A stretch of 64,000 nt of DNA from positions 1 through 64,000 of the forward strand of contig NIVC01003727.1 in NCBI GenBank assembly GCA_002269645.1, read 5' to 3'. Every line of letters starts with the position of its first letter. Position 1 is the stretch's first letter. The position numbers and the translations under genes are program-made. This DNA comes from Macrostomum lignano. Its lineage: Eukaryota. This document shows, one piece after another, positions 12,986 to 26,659 of the stretch. Below the pieces are notes generated by a model. It had not been told where the DNA came from and searched no databases. It saw only the letters and a program-made list of their open reading frames with translations.

Positions 12986-15467
12986 TACAGTAAAGCGCGG
13001 CCGAGTTGTCGTGTAATTAAAATTAATTATTTGTATCGATCTAGAGTTCCATTTCTTTCAAAGTTCTATTTCAAGGCATACGTTATGGCTACATTCATTC
13101 AGCAGATTCTGCACTCAACAAATTCTGTCCTTGGGGGCCGGCTAATGTGATCTAGGCTCATGATGGTTATTACATGCATCGAGTAGATTACATTATGAGC
13201 ACTGTTTAAATAATTCGATCAGGTGGTCTAGCTATTTTTGATTCCGTGGTACTTGCTGGGATCATGTGTGTCCAAGGACTAATACACGTCATTTGAGTCG
13301 TCCTCATTGTGTTGGTTTGCTGGCGTATGCATTATTTTTACAGACTGCTCATGAGTGGAGCAGCGGAATGGACGCATGCGCTTTCTATCGAATGCTTGAT
13401 CCAGTCGATTTACCAACGGTAAGCAAAAAATTAATCAATGTAATAATATTCTAAAGTGATAAAGAAAATTTCCCTTTCAATATTGGCTAAGCTTGACAAT
13501 GCTGACAGAATTGAGCCTGTTAGAAACTGTGAAATTTGCTTGCCCGGACAAACCCGGAAACTTTACCGAACGAAGAACAAACTAATTTCTGGGGGCTCTA
13601 TCGAAAGGCGTAGAATTTAGAGCGTTTAATCAAGTCGAATTCATGTAGAGTTGCTTGCTAAGCGATGAGTATAACAAGTAGTGACTATCAATATTGTTTC
13701 ACGATTTTAGACGTGTTGCGCGCTCCAAAGTGTTTAACATAGTTGTCAAGCTTATTTTGCAATAGTCTTATGAAAAGGCCTATTGTATTGATAGAGCAAT
13801 TTGTTGAAGGTATTAAATTGTGTCGAATTTTCTAGTTTATAGGCCTAACGGCAGTCAGCAGTATGGTTAAGGGCAAATGTGCGATTGAACTAAATAAAGA
13901 GGGGTAGGCCAGCAAAAACCAAATAGCACATTGTTAAGCAAGTTAAGTTAAGGTACAAATGTCTAAACTCTAAGGCCTAGGCCTAATCTTCTAGACTCTA
14001 AGTAGGCTAGACTAGATAGTTTTTTATAACTTATTAGACTTAGACCTGAGCATTAAAGGCCTATAAGCCCTAAATTAATTAAAATAAGAGTTTAAGCTAT
14101 ATTTGAGCTTAATATACCCATGAAGCCAAGCCATGAGACCTAGTTATAACTTATAGGCCTAATATTATAATTTATAGTTAAATAGGCCTAGACAAGGCAA
14201 ATAATCTAATAATTCCTATTTTAGACCTATCTATTTTATTGGGTCTATGAGAATTGCTCGCTAAGATTTCCTTGCAAAAGATTTGCCCATTGAGTTTTTC
14301 CCATTGAGATTTGCTTGCAGTGAATTTTGCCTGTGAGGGAATTGCCCATGGAGAATTGCCTACCAAAATTTGCCTGCACTACATTTTGCCCACAAGCAAA
14401 TTGCTTGCTAAGTTTTTTCCTATCAAAGTTTGCCTGCAATGCTTTTTCTTATATAGCACATTTGGCAGCTAGATTCTATTTGCAATACCCTTTCCCAAAA
14501 ATATGCATTTGATATGCAGTTACTATCAAAACATTTGATTAGGTAAATCTCTTTATTAAGACTTACTAAAGTCTAAAAATTGGGATGAATGAATAACATT
14601 AAATGAATAAGAAAATCTTTATTAATAATAGTTAGTTAAATTGAAAGAAAGAATTGCAAGCATTTTTTATTTGGCTATCTTGCAGAATTATTCATTAAAC
14701 TCACTATATACACATTTTTAGCTATTGACATGAAACTTTCCAAAAATGAATATTTCCATTATGTCAAAATTTTAGAAGTGTTTTAGCTTTTCATTTCCAT
14801 TGTAAAAGGTTGTAACTTTGATATTTTAAATTTTATAATAAAAACTTTTGTTTTGGTTTGTTATTTTATTTAAATTACTAGTGTATAAAATATATAATGT
14901 AATATAAATATGCATGCCAACTTCAAAATATTACCTAGCTGATAACTTAGTTTTTCTCAAAAATTTTATCTTAGTTGCCTCTAACTATAATATGGTCTCA
15001 GTTTTTGTTTTTTCCCTTTGTTTATTTTTCTCCTCTCCTGTCTTTTCTTTCTTCCCCTCTTTTTTCTTTGATTTTTTAGGTTGGCATTTTCTGCTATCCT
15101 CACCCAGGTTGGCTGGGTGTTGGGCATGTATGAGAATATGTGTGCTTTGATTTAACCAAAGTTTTGAACTTAGGGATGAAATAAAAATAAATCTAAAAGA
15201 GCAAAAAGCCAAAACCTGTTTTTTGCTATTGTTGCTAAATTTGTTATTTGGCATATTTATCACTATTTATTCTAGGCCTAGTAATGTTTCTTTATAGTAT
15301 TTTGTAATTTAATGTTAGACCTAATTCTATAGTAGCAAATTGTTATTCATTCCCTTTGCAGCACAATTAGCCAGACTTACACAAGTGTCTGAGCCCCTGC
15401 TGTACATTGCTGTGCACACTAAGAGCCAGTCTTCTGGGCCGAAACTACCCTACCAGCCGCAGCAGTT

Positions 15468-18400
15468 ATGCTTCGCGTTAAACCGTCTTCTCTGGCTCGC
15501 GTTCTGCGCGCCTTCGAGCGTCGATTGGCCTCATCAGCCACTGCCGAGCCGTTCTCGTCTGGCACCTCCTGCGGCTACATCGAGGATATGTACGCCGCCT
15601 GGCTTAAGGACCCCAATTCTGTGCACCAGGTAAACTGCTGGCGCCGTGACTGAAGGCTGGAAATGGAGACTAATAGACTAGGCTCTAGAGATTGAGTGAC
15701 AGAGAGGCTAGACAAAAGAGATGGAGAGTGACAGACACGCTAGACTCTTAGAGATGGAGAGTGACAGACAGGCTGGACTCTGGAGATGGAGAGTGACAGA
15801 CAGGCTAGGGTTTAAAGATGGAATGTGACAGACAGGCTAGACTCTAGAGATGGACAGTGACAGACAGGCTAGACTTTGGAGATGGAGAGTGACAGACAGG
15901 CTAGGGTTTGAAGATGGAAAGTGACAGACAGGCTAGACTCTAGAGATGGACAGTGACAGACAGGCTAGACTTTGGAGATGGAGAGTGACAGACAGGCTAG
16001 GGTTTGAAGATGGAAAGTGACAGACAGGCTAGACTCTAGAGATGGAAAGTGACAGACAGGCTAGACTCTAGAGATGGACAGTGACAGACAGGCTAGACTT
16101 TTGGAGATGGAGAGTGACAGACAGGCTAGGGTTTGGAGATAGAGAGTGACAGACAGGCTAGACTTTGGAGATGGAGAGTGACAGACAGGCTAGGGTTTGG
16201 AGATGTAGTGACAGACAGGCTAGACTTTGGAGATGTAGTGACAGACAGCCTAGGGTTTGGAGATGTAGTGACAGTCAAGTCAGACTCTGGATACGGAGAT
16301 TGATCACTCAGAATTGAGAACTCAGAAGGCAACAGGATTTCAATAATCAGATGCAGCGCATCAATGAAGTACAGAACTCACCGCCCTCGCCTCTCTCCCA
16401 TCAGTCGTGGAACTCTTACTTCAGTCGGGTGGTCGCTGGTGCCGCCCCCGGCCAGGCGTACACCTCGCCGTTCGCCGCCGGCGTCTCCTCGTCATCGTCG
16501 TCATTGGCTTTGCAGCCGTCGCGGCGAGTGTCGGCCGATGGCGTTGTTGAGCACTTTGCCGATGAGAAATCCATTGAGGATCACCTGGCAGTGCAGGCTA
16601 TCATCAGGTCTTATCAGGTGAGCAGAGGTCTAGTCTGAGTAGCTGAGAACAAGACGAACTTTAAACTTTGACATTCCTTGTACCCTGAGCTCCGTGTGAC
16701 CTTGGTTGATCGCTGCAGTAGTGTCTTTAGGTTCAGATTGACCTTGGTTGACCTCTGGAGTAGTGTCTTAGGTTCAGATTGACCTTGGCTGACCTCAGGA
16801 GTAGTGTCTTAGGTTAAGATTGACATTGGCTGACCTCTAACTGCAGTAGTGTCTATAGGTTCAGATTGACCTTGGCTGACCTCTAACTGCAGTAGTGTCT
16901 TTAGGTTCAGACTGACCTTGGCTGACCTCTGCAGTAGTGTCTTAGGCTCAGATTGACCTTGGTTGACCTCTGGAGTAGTGTCTTAGGTTAAGATTGACCT
17001 TGGGTGACCTCTGCAGTAGTGTCTTAGGCTCAGATTGACCCTGGTTGACCTCTGCAGTAGTGTCTTAGGCTCAGATTGACCCTGATAGACCTCTGCAGCA
17101 GCGTCTTAGGCTCAGATTGACCTTGGTAGACCTCTGCAGCAGCGTCTTAGGCTCAGATTGACCTTGGGTGACCTCTGCAGTATAGATCAGATCTCAGCTT
17201 CAGCAGACATTTGTTAAAGTTGCCACGCAAGTACGTACTCGCCCCGCTCACCGCACCAACCAACCCGAACCACCTCAAAGGCCCGCGGACACAACGTGGC
17301 CCGCCTGGACCCTCTGGACATCACTAGGGGCAGCCTGCAGGGCTCGGCCGGCAGCACCGCCATTCTCAACAAAGACCTGTCCGCTATAGGTCTGTGTTAC
17401 TCTTATTTTTTACGTACTAACGTTAGTTGATGATAAACTTGAAGATCTGCTTGACTTGTTTAACGTTACCCCCATATTCTTGTGAATATTTTCAGACACT
17501 CAAGCGGCCAGGCAGTTTCTGTCGGAGCACCCTAATATCTGTAAGTGTAGCTATATTATTACCTATGATGCACAATGTGAGTGACTGTGTGTGTGTCGCT
17601 GTTTTTAAGGGTGTGTCTGTGTGTCCTCTGTGCCCCTGTACTCAAATAATTATGTGACATTCCACCGAACCCTATTGTCCGAGGCAGATGGGCAAGAGAT
17701 AGCTCTGTTTTTACAGAGCTTGCAGTTTTGCTTTTTTACTTTTCTGTTGATTTTTTTTCGTAATAAGGTTGTACCAACGATAGTTTTCTGTGTGTTTTTG
17801 TACTTGGAGACTTATCGTCATCAGGCACAGACAGCCAGTCCAAATCCCCACAGACAGCCAGTCCAAATCCCCACAGACAGTCAGTCCAAATCCTCACAGA
17901 CAGCCAGTCCAAATCCCCACAGACAGTCAGTCCAAATCCTCACAGACAGCCAGTCCAAATCTCCACAGACAGCCAGTCCAACTCCTCACAGATAGTCAGT
18001 CCAAATCCTCACAGACAGGCAATCCAAATCCTCACAGACAGCCAGTCCAAATCCTCACAGACAGCCAGTCCAAATCCCCACAGACAGCCAGTCCAAATCC
18101 TCACAGACAGCCAGTCCAAATCCCCACAGACAGCCAGTCCAAATCCTCACAGACAGCCAGTCCAAATCCTCACAGATAGTCAGTCCAAATCCTCACAAAG
18201 ACAGGCAGTTCAAATCCTCACAGATAGTCAGTCCAAATCCTCACAGACAGGCAATCCAAATCCTCACAGACAGTCAGCCCAAATCCTCACAGACAGCCAG
18301 TCCAAATCCTCACAGACAGTCAGTCCAAGTTCTCACAGACAGTCAGTCCAAATCCTCACAGATAGGCAGTCCAAATCCTCACAGATAGTCAGTCCAAATC

Positions 18401-21400
18401 CTCTCAGACAGGCAATCCAAATCCTCACAGACAGGCAGTCCAAATCCTCACAGACAGTCAGTCCAAATCCTCACAGACAGTCAGCCCAAAATCCTCACAG
18501 ACAGCTAATCAAAATCCTCACAGACAGGCAGTCCAAATCCTCACAGACAGGCAGTCCAAATCCTCACAGACAGTCAGTCCAAGTTCTCACAGACAGTCAG
18601 TCCAAATCCTCACAGATAGTCAGTCCAACTCCTCAAAGACAGGCAGTCCAAATCCTCACAGATAGTCAGTCCAAATCCTCTCAGACAGGCAATCCAAATC
18701 CTCACAGACAGGCAATCCAAATCCTCACAGACAGTCAGTCCAAATCCTCACAGACAGTCAGTCCAAATCCTCACAGACAGCCAATCTAAGTTCTCACAGA
18801 CAGCCAATCCAAGTTCTCACAGACAGCCAGTCCAAGTTCTCACAGACAGTCAGTCCAAGTTCTCACAGACAGTCAGTCCAAATCCTCACAGACAGTCAGT
18901 CCAAATCCTCACAGACAGCCAATCCAAGTTCTCACAGACGCGCAGTCCAAACCCCTGTATTCAGACACACTGATTCAGTCCTAGTTCGAACTCAGAACTG
19001 CCGAATCGACCCACAAATTAGAGGCTGAATTTCAGCTCAACTGGCACGCACACCGCAATGTACTTTGCTAATTGCAGGCTTCCCCGCATTCTGTCGGGCG
19101 GCAATGTACAGTTGGATCTGTAAGCCGAACTGTTATCACCTCCTCCCCTTTGTCGACCTTGCATACTCACCTGTATCTCACTTGCTCGCTTACTCCAGTC
19201 TTCTTAGATGTCTGTCGTAATTTATTTTTTAACTTTCTAGTCAAAACAAGTGTTCCATTAATTCGATTGAGAGAAGTTCTTACCAGCATAAAGAAGAAAA
19301 ATCAATAGTCTGGTATTGCAGTGACGCTGAGCTGCTCTAAAGAGGAACTTCTTCATCTTATCTGTGCTTTGCCCGAAGTGAATAATCCTTGCACTGTACA
19401 TGTATTTTGATGTCAATATTACCGCAAACTTTTTTTTTAAATCCCTTCAATAAATGCGCGCTAAACAGACTACTGAAACTGAATAAGAGTGAGTAGTAAG
19501 TATAGGAAAAGCTTTTGAAATCCCGATGCACAGTGTCAGTTATATTTACAAGCGCAAGCGTATTCACCCCAAGTTTTCTATAATGTTCCTTCCTCCCTGA
19601 TGAGTTCTGTTTTTAATACGATGAATTCTGTTGTCTCAGTAGCTTTTGAGTAATACCAATCTGTTCTGGGTTTGTTAACAAAGATTGGCGCTCTTAACAA
19701 AACCATCCTTAACCAACGCAGCCAAGGAGGACATGGAGAAGCGGTTCCGGCTGCCGCAGACCACTCTAATTGGGGGAGAGGAGGTCGAGCTGCAGCTCAA
19801 GGAGATCATTAACCGGCTGGAGAATGTGTACTGCAAATATATCGGGGCCGAGTTCATGTTTATTAACAATCACGAGCAGTGCGAATGGCTCAGGGAGAAG
19901 TTTGAAACGCCTGGAGTTATGAGCATCACGCCTGATGAGAAGCGGCTGTTGCTGGCCCGGCTGATCCGGTCTACCAGGTGGGTCAGCGGCTTTTGGGTCT
20001 TCTGGGTCAGGGTGGGCTGTTCAATGGAATGAGTGGGTCAGGCCTGCACACCCAGCATCAGACAGATGGGTCAGGCGTCACCCCAGCATCAGACAGGTGG
20101 ATCAGGCCTGCACACCCAGCATCAGACAGGTGGGTCAGGCGTCACCCCAGCATCAGACAGGTGGGTCAGGCGTCACCCCAGCATCAGACAGGTGGGTCAG
20201 GCGTCACCCCAGCATCAGACAGGTGGGTCAGGCGTCACCCAGCATCAGACAGGTGGGTCAGGCCTGCACACCCAGCATCAGACAGGTGGGTCAGGCGTCA
20301 CCCCAGCATCAGACAGGTGGGTCAGGCGTCACCCCAGCATCAGACAGGTGGGTCAGGCCTGCACACCCAGCATCAGACAGGTGGGTCAGGCGTCACCCCA
20401 GCATCAGACAGGTGGGTCAGGCCTGCACACCCAGCATCCGACAGATGGGTCAGGCGTCACCCCAGCATTAGACAGGTGGGTCAGGCCTGCACACCCAGCA
20501 TCAGACAGATGGGTCAGGAGTCACCCCAGCATCAGACAGGTGTGTCAGGCGTCACCCCAGCATCAGACAGGTGGGTCAGGCGTCACCCCAGCATCAGACA
20601 GGTGGGTCAGGCGTCACCCCAGCATCAGACAGGTGGGTCAGGCCTGCACACCCAGCATCAGACAGGTGGGTCAGGCGTCACCCCAGCATCAGACAGGTGG
20701 GTCAGACGTCACCCCAGCATCAGACAGGTGGGTCAGGCCTGCACACCCAGCATCAGACAGGTGGGTCAGGCGTCACCCCAGCATCAGACAGGCGGGTCAG
20801 GCGTCACCCCATAGATGCAGCATTCAGTCTCAAGCACTCCGCCCCCCCTCCCCCCCCAGATTCGAGGAGTTCCTGGCCCGCAAGTGGTCGGCAGAGAAGC
20901 GGTTCGGCCTGGAGGGCGCCGAGGTGATGATCCCGGCCATGAAGACCGTGATTGACGTGTCCTCGGACCTGGGCGTGGAGAGCTTCAACATCGGCATGCC
21001 CCACCGCGGCAGGCTGAACGTCCTGGCCAATGTGGCCCGCAAGCCGCTGGAGAATCTGTTCTGCCAGTTCGACTCCAAGCTCAAAGCCATGGACGAGGGC
21101 TCCGGCGACGTGAAGTACCACCTGGGCATGTGTCACGAGAGGATCAACCGCCTGAATAATAAGAAAGTGAAGATTAGCGTGCTGGCTAATCCGTCTCACC
21201 TGGAGGCGGTGGACCCGGTGTGTCAGGGCAAGACCTACTCGGAGCAGTTCTACCGAGGCGACAAGGACGGCAAGAAGGTCATGTCCATCCTGCTGCACGG
21301 CGACGCCGCCTTCTGCGGCCAGGGCGTCGTGTTGGAGACTTTCCATCTGTCTGACCTGCCCAACTACTCCACTCACGGCACCGTGCATATTGTGGTTAAT

Positions 21401-24400
21401 AACCAGGTGGGTTCGCTTTGCAGCGCTACCTGAGGGATTTGCAGCGCTACCTGAGGGATTTGCAGTGCTACCTGAGGGATTTGCAGTGCTACCTGAGGGA
21501 TTTGCAGCGCTACCTGAGGGATTTGCAGTGCTACCTGAGGGATTTGCAGCGCTACCTGAGGGATTTGCAGCGCTACCTGAGGGATTTGCAGTGCTACCTG
21601 AGGGATTTGCAGTGCTACCTGAGGGATTTGCAGTGCTACCTGAGGGATTTGCAGTGCTACCTGAGGGATTTGCAGTGCTACCTGAGGGATTTGCAGCGCT
21701 ACCTGAGGGATTTGCAGCGCTACCTGAGGGATTTGCAGTGCTACCTGAGGGATTTGCAGTGCTACCTGAGGGATTTGCAGTGCTACCTGAGGGATTTGCA
21801 GTGCTACCTGAGGGATTTGCAGTGCTACCTGAGGGATTTGCAGTGCTACCTGAGGGATTTGCAGTGCTACCTGAGGGATTTGCAGTGCTACCTGAGGGAT
21901 TTGCAGTGCTACCTGAGGGAAATGCAGCGCCTCTCAAGTGACCTTAAGCATTGGTATTAAAAATCACAATACCGAATTCCGTTCACCAGGTGGGCTTCAC
22001 CACTGACCCCGAGTGGCGCGCTCCAGCCCCTACTGCACGGACGTGGCCCGAGTCGTGAACGCCCCGATTCTGCACGTGAACGCCGACCACCCGGAGGAGG
22101 TGATTCACGTGGCCAGGGTGGCGGCCGAGTGGCGGGCCAAATTCGGCAAGGACGTTGTTATCGACCTGGTCTGCTACAGGCGCAACGGGCACAACGAGAT
22201 GGACGAGCCAATGTTCACGCAGCCGCTCATGTACAAGAAGATCAAGGAGCACAAGAATGTGCTGCAGCTGTACCTGGAGAAACTGATTAGCGTAAGGCTC
22301 CTATTGTTATTCATTTATCCCATTTGAGAATTTCGAAAGATATTCTGATATCGAATGTATCAGTAAAGGATTTCACAGCCCTAAGCCACTAAACTAAAAT
22401 CCCCTATTTGTCCCAGATGAGGATTCCCCAAGACACTAATATCTCCTATTTATCCCAGATGAGAATTCCCCAAGACACTGAAATCCAGGTTATCCCAGAT
22501 GAGGATTCCCCAAGACACTAATGTCCCCTATTTATCCCTGATGAGGATTCCCTAAGTCACTAAAATCCCAAATTTATCCCTGTTGAGGATTCCCCAAGAC
22601 ACTAAAATCCCCTATTTATCCCAGATGATAATTCCCCAAGACACTAAAATCCCCTATTTATCCCAGCTGATCATTCTCCAAGGCACTAAAATCCCCTATT
22701 TATCCCAGCTGAGAATTCCCCAAGACACTAAAATCCCCTATTTATCCCAGATGAGAATTCCCCAAGACACTTAAATCCCCTATTTATCCTAGATGATGAT
22801 TCCCCTGGACAATAAAATCCCCGATTTATCCCAGATGATAATTCCCCAAGACACTAAAATCCCCTATTTATCCCAGATGAGGATTCCCCAAGACACTTAA
22901 ATCCCCTATTTATCCCAGATGAGAATTCCCCAAGACACTTAAATCCCCTATTTATCCCAGATGATGATTCCCCTGGACAATAAAATCCCCGATTTATCCC
23001 AGATGATAATTCCCCAAGACACTAAAATCCCCTATTTATCCCAGATGAGGATTCCCCAAGACACTAAAATCCCCTATTTATCCCAGATGATAATTCCCCA
23101 AGACACTAAAATCCCCTATTTATCCCAGATGAGGATTCCCCACGACACTAAAATCCCCTATTTATCCCAGCTGAGAATTCCCCAAGACACTAAAATCCCC
23201 TATTTATCCCAGATGAGAATTCCCCAAGACACTAATGTCCCCTATTTATCCCTGATGAGGATTCCCTAAGTCACTAAAATCCCCTATTTATCCCAGATGA
23301 TAATTCCCCAAGACACTAAAATCCCCTATTTATCCCAGCTAATGATTCTCCAAGGCACTAAAATCCCCTATTTATCCCAGCTGAGAATTCCCCAAGACAC
23401 TAAAATCCCCTATTTATCCCAGATGAGAATTCCCCAAGACACTAAAATCCCCTATTTATCCCAGATGAGGATTCCCCAAGACACTAAAATCCCCTATTTA
23501 TCCCAGATGAGAATTCCCCAAGACACTAAAATCCCCTATTTATCCCAGCTGATGATTCCCCTGGACAATAAAATCCCCTATTTATCCCAGCTGATGATTC
23601 CCCTGGACAATAAAATCCCCGATTTATCCCAGATGAGGATTCCCCAAGACACTAAAATCCCCTATTTATCCCAGATGATAATTCCCCAAGACACTAAAAT
23701 CCCCTATTTATCCCAGATGAGGATTCCCCAAGACACTAAAATCCCCTATTTATCCCAGATGATAATTCCCCAAGACACTAAAATCCCCTATTTATCCCAG
23801 ATGAGGATTCCCCAAGACACTAATATCCCCTATTTATCCCAGATGAGGATTCCCCAGGACACTAAAATCCCCTATTTATCCCAGATGAGAATTCCCCAAG
23901 ACACTGATATCCCCTATTTATCCCCTATTTATCCCCTATTCATCCCCTAGATGAGAATATCCCCTATTTATCCCAGATGAGAATTCCCCAAGACACTAAA
24001 ATCCCCATCTGTCCCTGCAGGAGGGCACGGTGACTCAGGCGGAGTACGACGAGGAGAGCCAGCGCTACGACAAGGTGTGCGAAGACGCCTTCACCAACGC
24101 GAAGTCTGTGAAGGGCGTGCGCAACCGCGACTGGCTGGACTCGCCCTGGGACGGCTTCTTCGAAGGCCGCGACGCGATGAAAGCTCCGGCTACATCAGTG
24201 ACGTTGGACAGGCTGAACAAGATCGGCCAGGTGTTCTCCACCGTGCCGCAGGGCTTCAAACTTCATCCTGGGCTGAAGCGAACCCTGCGCGGCCGGGCCG
24301 AGCTGCTGGAGCACGAGCAGGCCGACTGGGCCATGGGCGAAGCCTTCGCCTTCGGCAGCCTGCTCACCGAGGGCTACCATGTCCGGCTGTCCGGCCAGGA

Positions 24401-26659
24401 CGTCGAGCGCGGCACCTTCTCGCACCGGCACCACGTGCTGCACGATCAGGAGAAAGACTTGGCCACCTACGTGCCGCTGAATAATATTGAGCAGGGTGAG
24501 TCCTGCTGGCTTTGTGGCATACTGTTGTGTCTACTTTATAGTCTACCATTGTGTCTACTTTATAGTCTACCATTGTGTCTACTTTGTGGTCTACCATTGT
24601 GTCTACTTTATAGTCTACCATTGTGTCTACTTTATAGTCTACCATTGTGTCTACTTTGTGGTCTACCATTGTGTCTACTTTATAGTCTACCATTGTGTCT
24701 ACTTTATAGTCTACCATTGTGTCTACTTTGTGGTCTACCATTGTGTCTACTTTATAGTCTACCATTGTGTCTACTTTATAGTCTACCATTGTGTCTACTT
24801 TATAGTCTACCATTGTGTCTACTTTATAGTCAGTTATTGAGCACCTCTTGAGCACTCTTGTGGCCACCTTCATTTGTGGGGCTGTGCATGAAAATTGGCC
24901 GGCGGGCTGTCGTTCGATTCACAGCTGAGGACCAACCCCAAGGCCAAGAGAGTGTGCATGCCCTGTACACCCTGTGTGAGGTACTATTCTGCCTACTATT
25001 CTGCCAACTCTCCCCAACCCCGCAGGCCAGGCCACGTACACCGTGTGCAACAGCAGCCTATCCGAGTACGCCGTCATGGGATTCGAGCTTGGCTACTCTC
25101 TCAACGATCCCAACGCGCTGATCATGTGGGAGGCGCAGTTCGGCGACTTCAACAACACGGCCCAGTGCATCATCGACCAGTTCGTGAGCAGCGGCCAGCA
25201 GAAGTGGGTTCGCCAGAGCGGCCTGGTGCTGCTGCTGCCGCACGGCTACGAAGGCATGGGCCCCGAGCACAGCTCCGCCCGCCTCGAGCGCTTCCTGCAG
25301 ATGTCCAACGACGACCCTGATCACATCCCCGTGCTGGACGAGGACTTCATGATGCAGCAGCTGCACGACATCAACTGGTTCGTGTGCAACGTCACCACAC
25401 CGGCTAATTATTTCCACCTGATGCGCCGCCAGGTGCTGCTGCCGTTCCGCAAGCCGCTGGTGCTGATGACGCCGAAGTCGCTGCTTCGCCTGCCGGAAGC
25501 TCGAAGCTCGTTCGCCGAGATGACCGGCGACAGCTCCTTCCAGCGGCTCATTCCCGACCAGGGACCGCCGGCCAAGGCCGACCCCAAGGAGGTGGTCAAG
25601 CTGCTGCTGTGCACCGGCAAAGTCTACTACGAGCTGGTGAAGGAGCGCGAGAGGACCGGGCAGGATGACACCATCGCCATCTGCAGGGTTGAACAGATCA
25701 GTCCCTTCCCCTACGATCTTGTCTGTGAGTCAGCGACTTCTTGCTGTTGTGGCTGCCGATTTATCATCTCCCTAGTAGTTTTCTAGTGGCGTCTAATCCA
25801 CTTATGTGTCTACCAATAGGACTAAACACGTGTCTGCCCGTTAACCGATTATTGAGTCTTATCAATTAACCTAACAATAAGTCTACCAATTACCCTACCA
25901 ACTTGTCTACCAATTACCCTACCAACTTGTCTACCAATTACCCTACCAGCTTGTCTACCAATTACCCTACCAACTTGTATACCAATTTCCCTACCAACTT
26001 GTCTACTTGCCTACTAACTCGTTTGCACATTATCCTACAAAGAGTCTACCGATTTACCTACCAATTTGTCTGCTAATTACGCTACCAATTGGTGTACCAA
26101 TTTATCTACCAACTTGTCTACCAATTTCCCTACCAACTTGTCTACCATATACTCTACCAACTTGTCTACCATATACCCTACCAACTTGTCTACCAATTTC
26201 CCTACCAACTTGTCTACCAATTTCCCTACCAACTTGTCTACTTGCCTACCAACTCGTCTGCACATTATCCTACAAAAGAGTCTACCGATTTACCTACCAA
26301 TTTGTCTGCTAATTACCCTACCAATTGGTGTACCAATTTATCTACCAACTTGTCAACCAAACAGCGCCAAGGTAACCCTAGTTTCGCTACTCAACTCCCC
26401 CCGCGCCGCAGTGAAGGAGCTCAACAAGTACCCGTTCGCCAGGGTGCAGTGGGTGCAGGAGGAGCACAAGAACATGGGCAGCTGGTTCTATGTCCAGCCC
26501 CGGGTGAACAACCTGATCCGCAGCCACTGTCCGGACCGCACTCACCGCCACGTCTCCTACGCTGGCCGGCCGCCCTCCGCCTCAGCCGCCGCTGGCAACA
26601 AGCAGCTTCATCTGATGGAGATCGCCCAGTTTCTCAAGGACGCCATGAGTCCAGTCTGA
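15468..26659 (+). CDS. OGDH: 2-oxoglutarate dehydrogenase E1 (mitochondrial)
   Basis: Exons 15468-15629, 16405-16617, 17281-17389, [17496-17540], 19722-19977, 20860-21406, 21990-22291, 24021-24495, 25026-25724, 26412-26659; all GT-AG and phase-consistent. Motifs [18 protein letters not shown], ThDP-binding HGDAAF...[37 protein letters not shown]. One 1-nt deletion in C4 at 22007-22010 (DPRVARSS expected). Confidence 0.95.
15665..16280. repeat. 32-bp minisatellite in OGDH intron 1
   Basis: GACAGACAGGCTAGACTCTAGAGATGGAGAGT-type units. Confidence 0.9.
16700..17180. repeat. 41-bp minisatellite in OGDH intron 2
   Basis: GCAGTAGTGTCTTAGGCTCAGATTGACCTTGGTTGACCTCT-type units. Confidence 0.9.
17826..18950. 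repeat. 23-bp minisatellite in OGDH intron
   Basis: CACAGACAGCCAGTCCAAATCCT-type units, about 48 copies. Confidence 0.95.
19975..20812. repeat. 31-bp minisatellite in OGDH intron, each unit containing a donor-like CAG/GTGGGT
   Basis: CAGACAGGTGGGTCAGGCGTCACCCCAGCAT units starting next to the real donor CCAG|GTGGGTCAG. Confidence 0.95.
21419..21928. repeat. 21-bp minisatellite in OGDH intron
   Basis: GCAGTGCTACCTGAGGGATTT x~24. Confidence 0.95.
22395..24005. repeat. 42-bp minisatellite in OGDH intron, each unit containing an acceptor-like CCCCTATTTATCCCAG
   Basis: About 38 copies of CCCCAAGACACTAAAATCCCCTATTTATCCCAGATGAGAATT. Confidence 0.95.
24520..24830. repeat. 24-bp minisatellite in OGDH intron
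   Basis: TGTGTCTACTTTATAGTCTACCAT x~13. Confidence 0.95.
25880..26355. repeat. ~24-bp minisatellite in last OGDH intron
   Basis: CTACCAATTTCCCTACCAACTTGT-type units with an internal higher-order duplication. Confidence 0.9.

Noticed and set aside
22007-22010. OGDH as a pseudogene
   Set aside because: There is only one 1-nt loss, in a C homopolymer, in an otherwise fully conserved essential gene; this is most likely a sequencing error.
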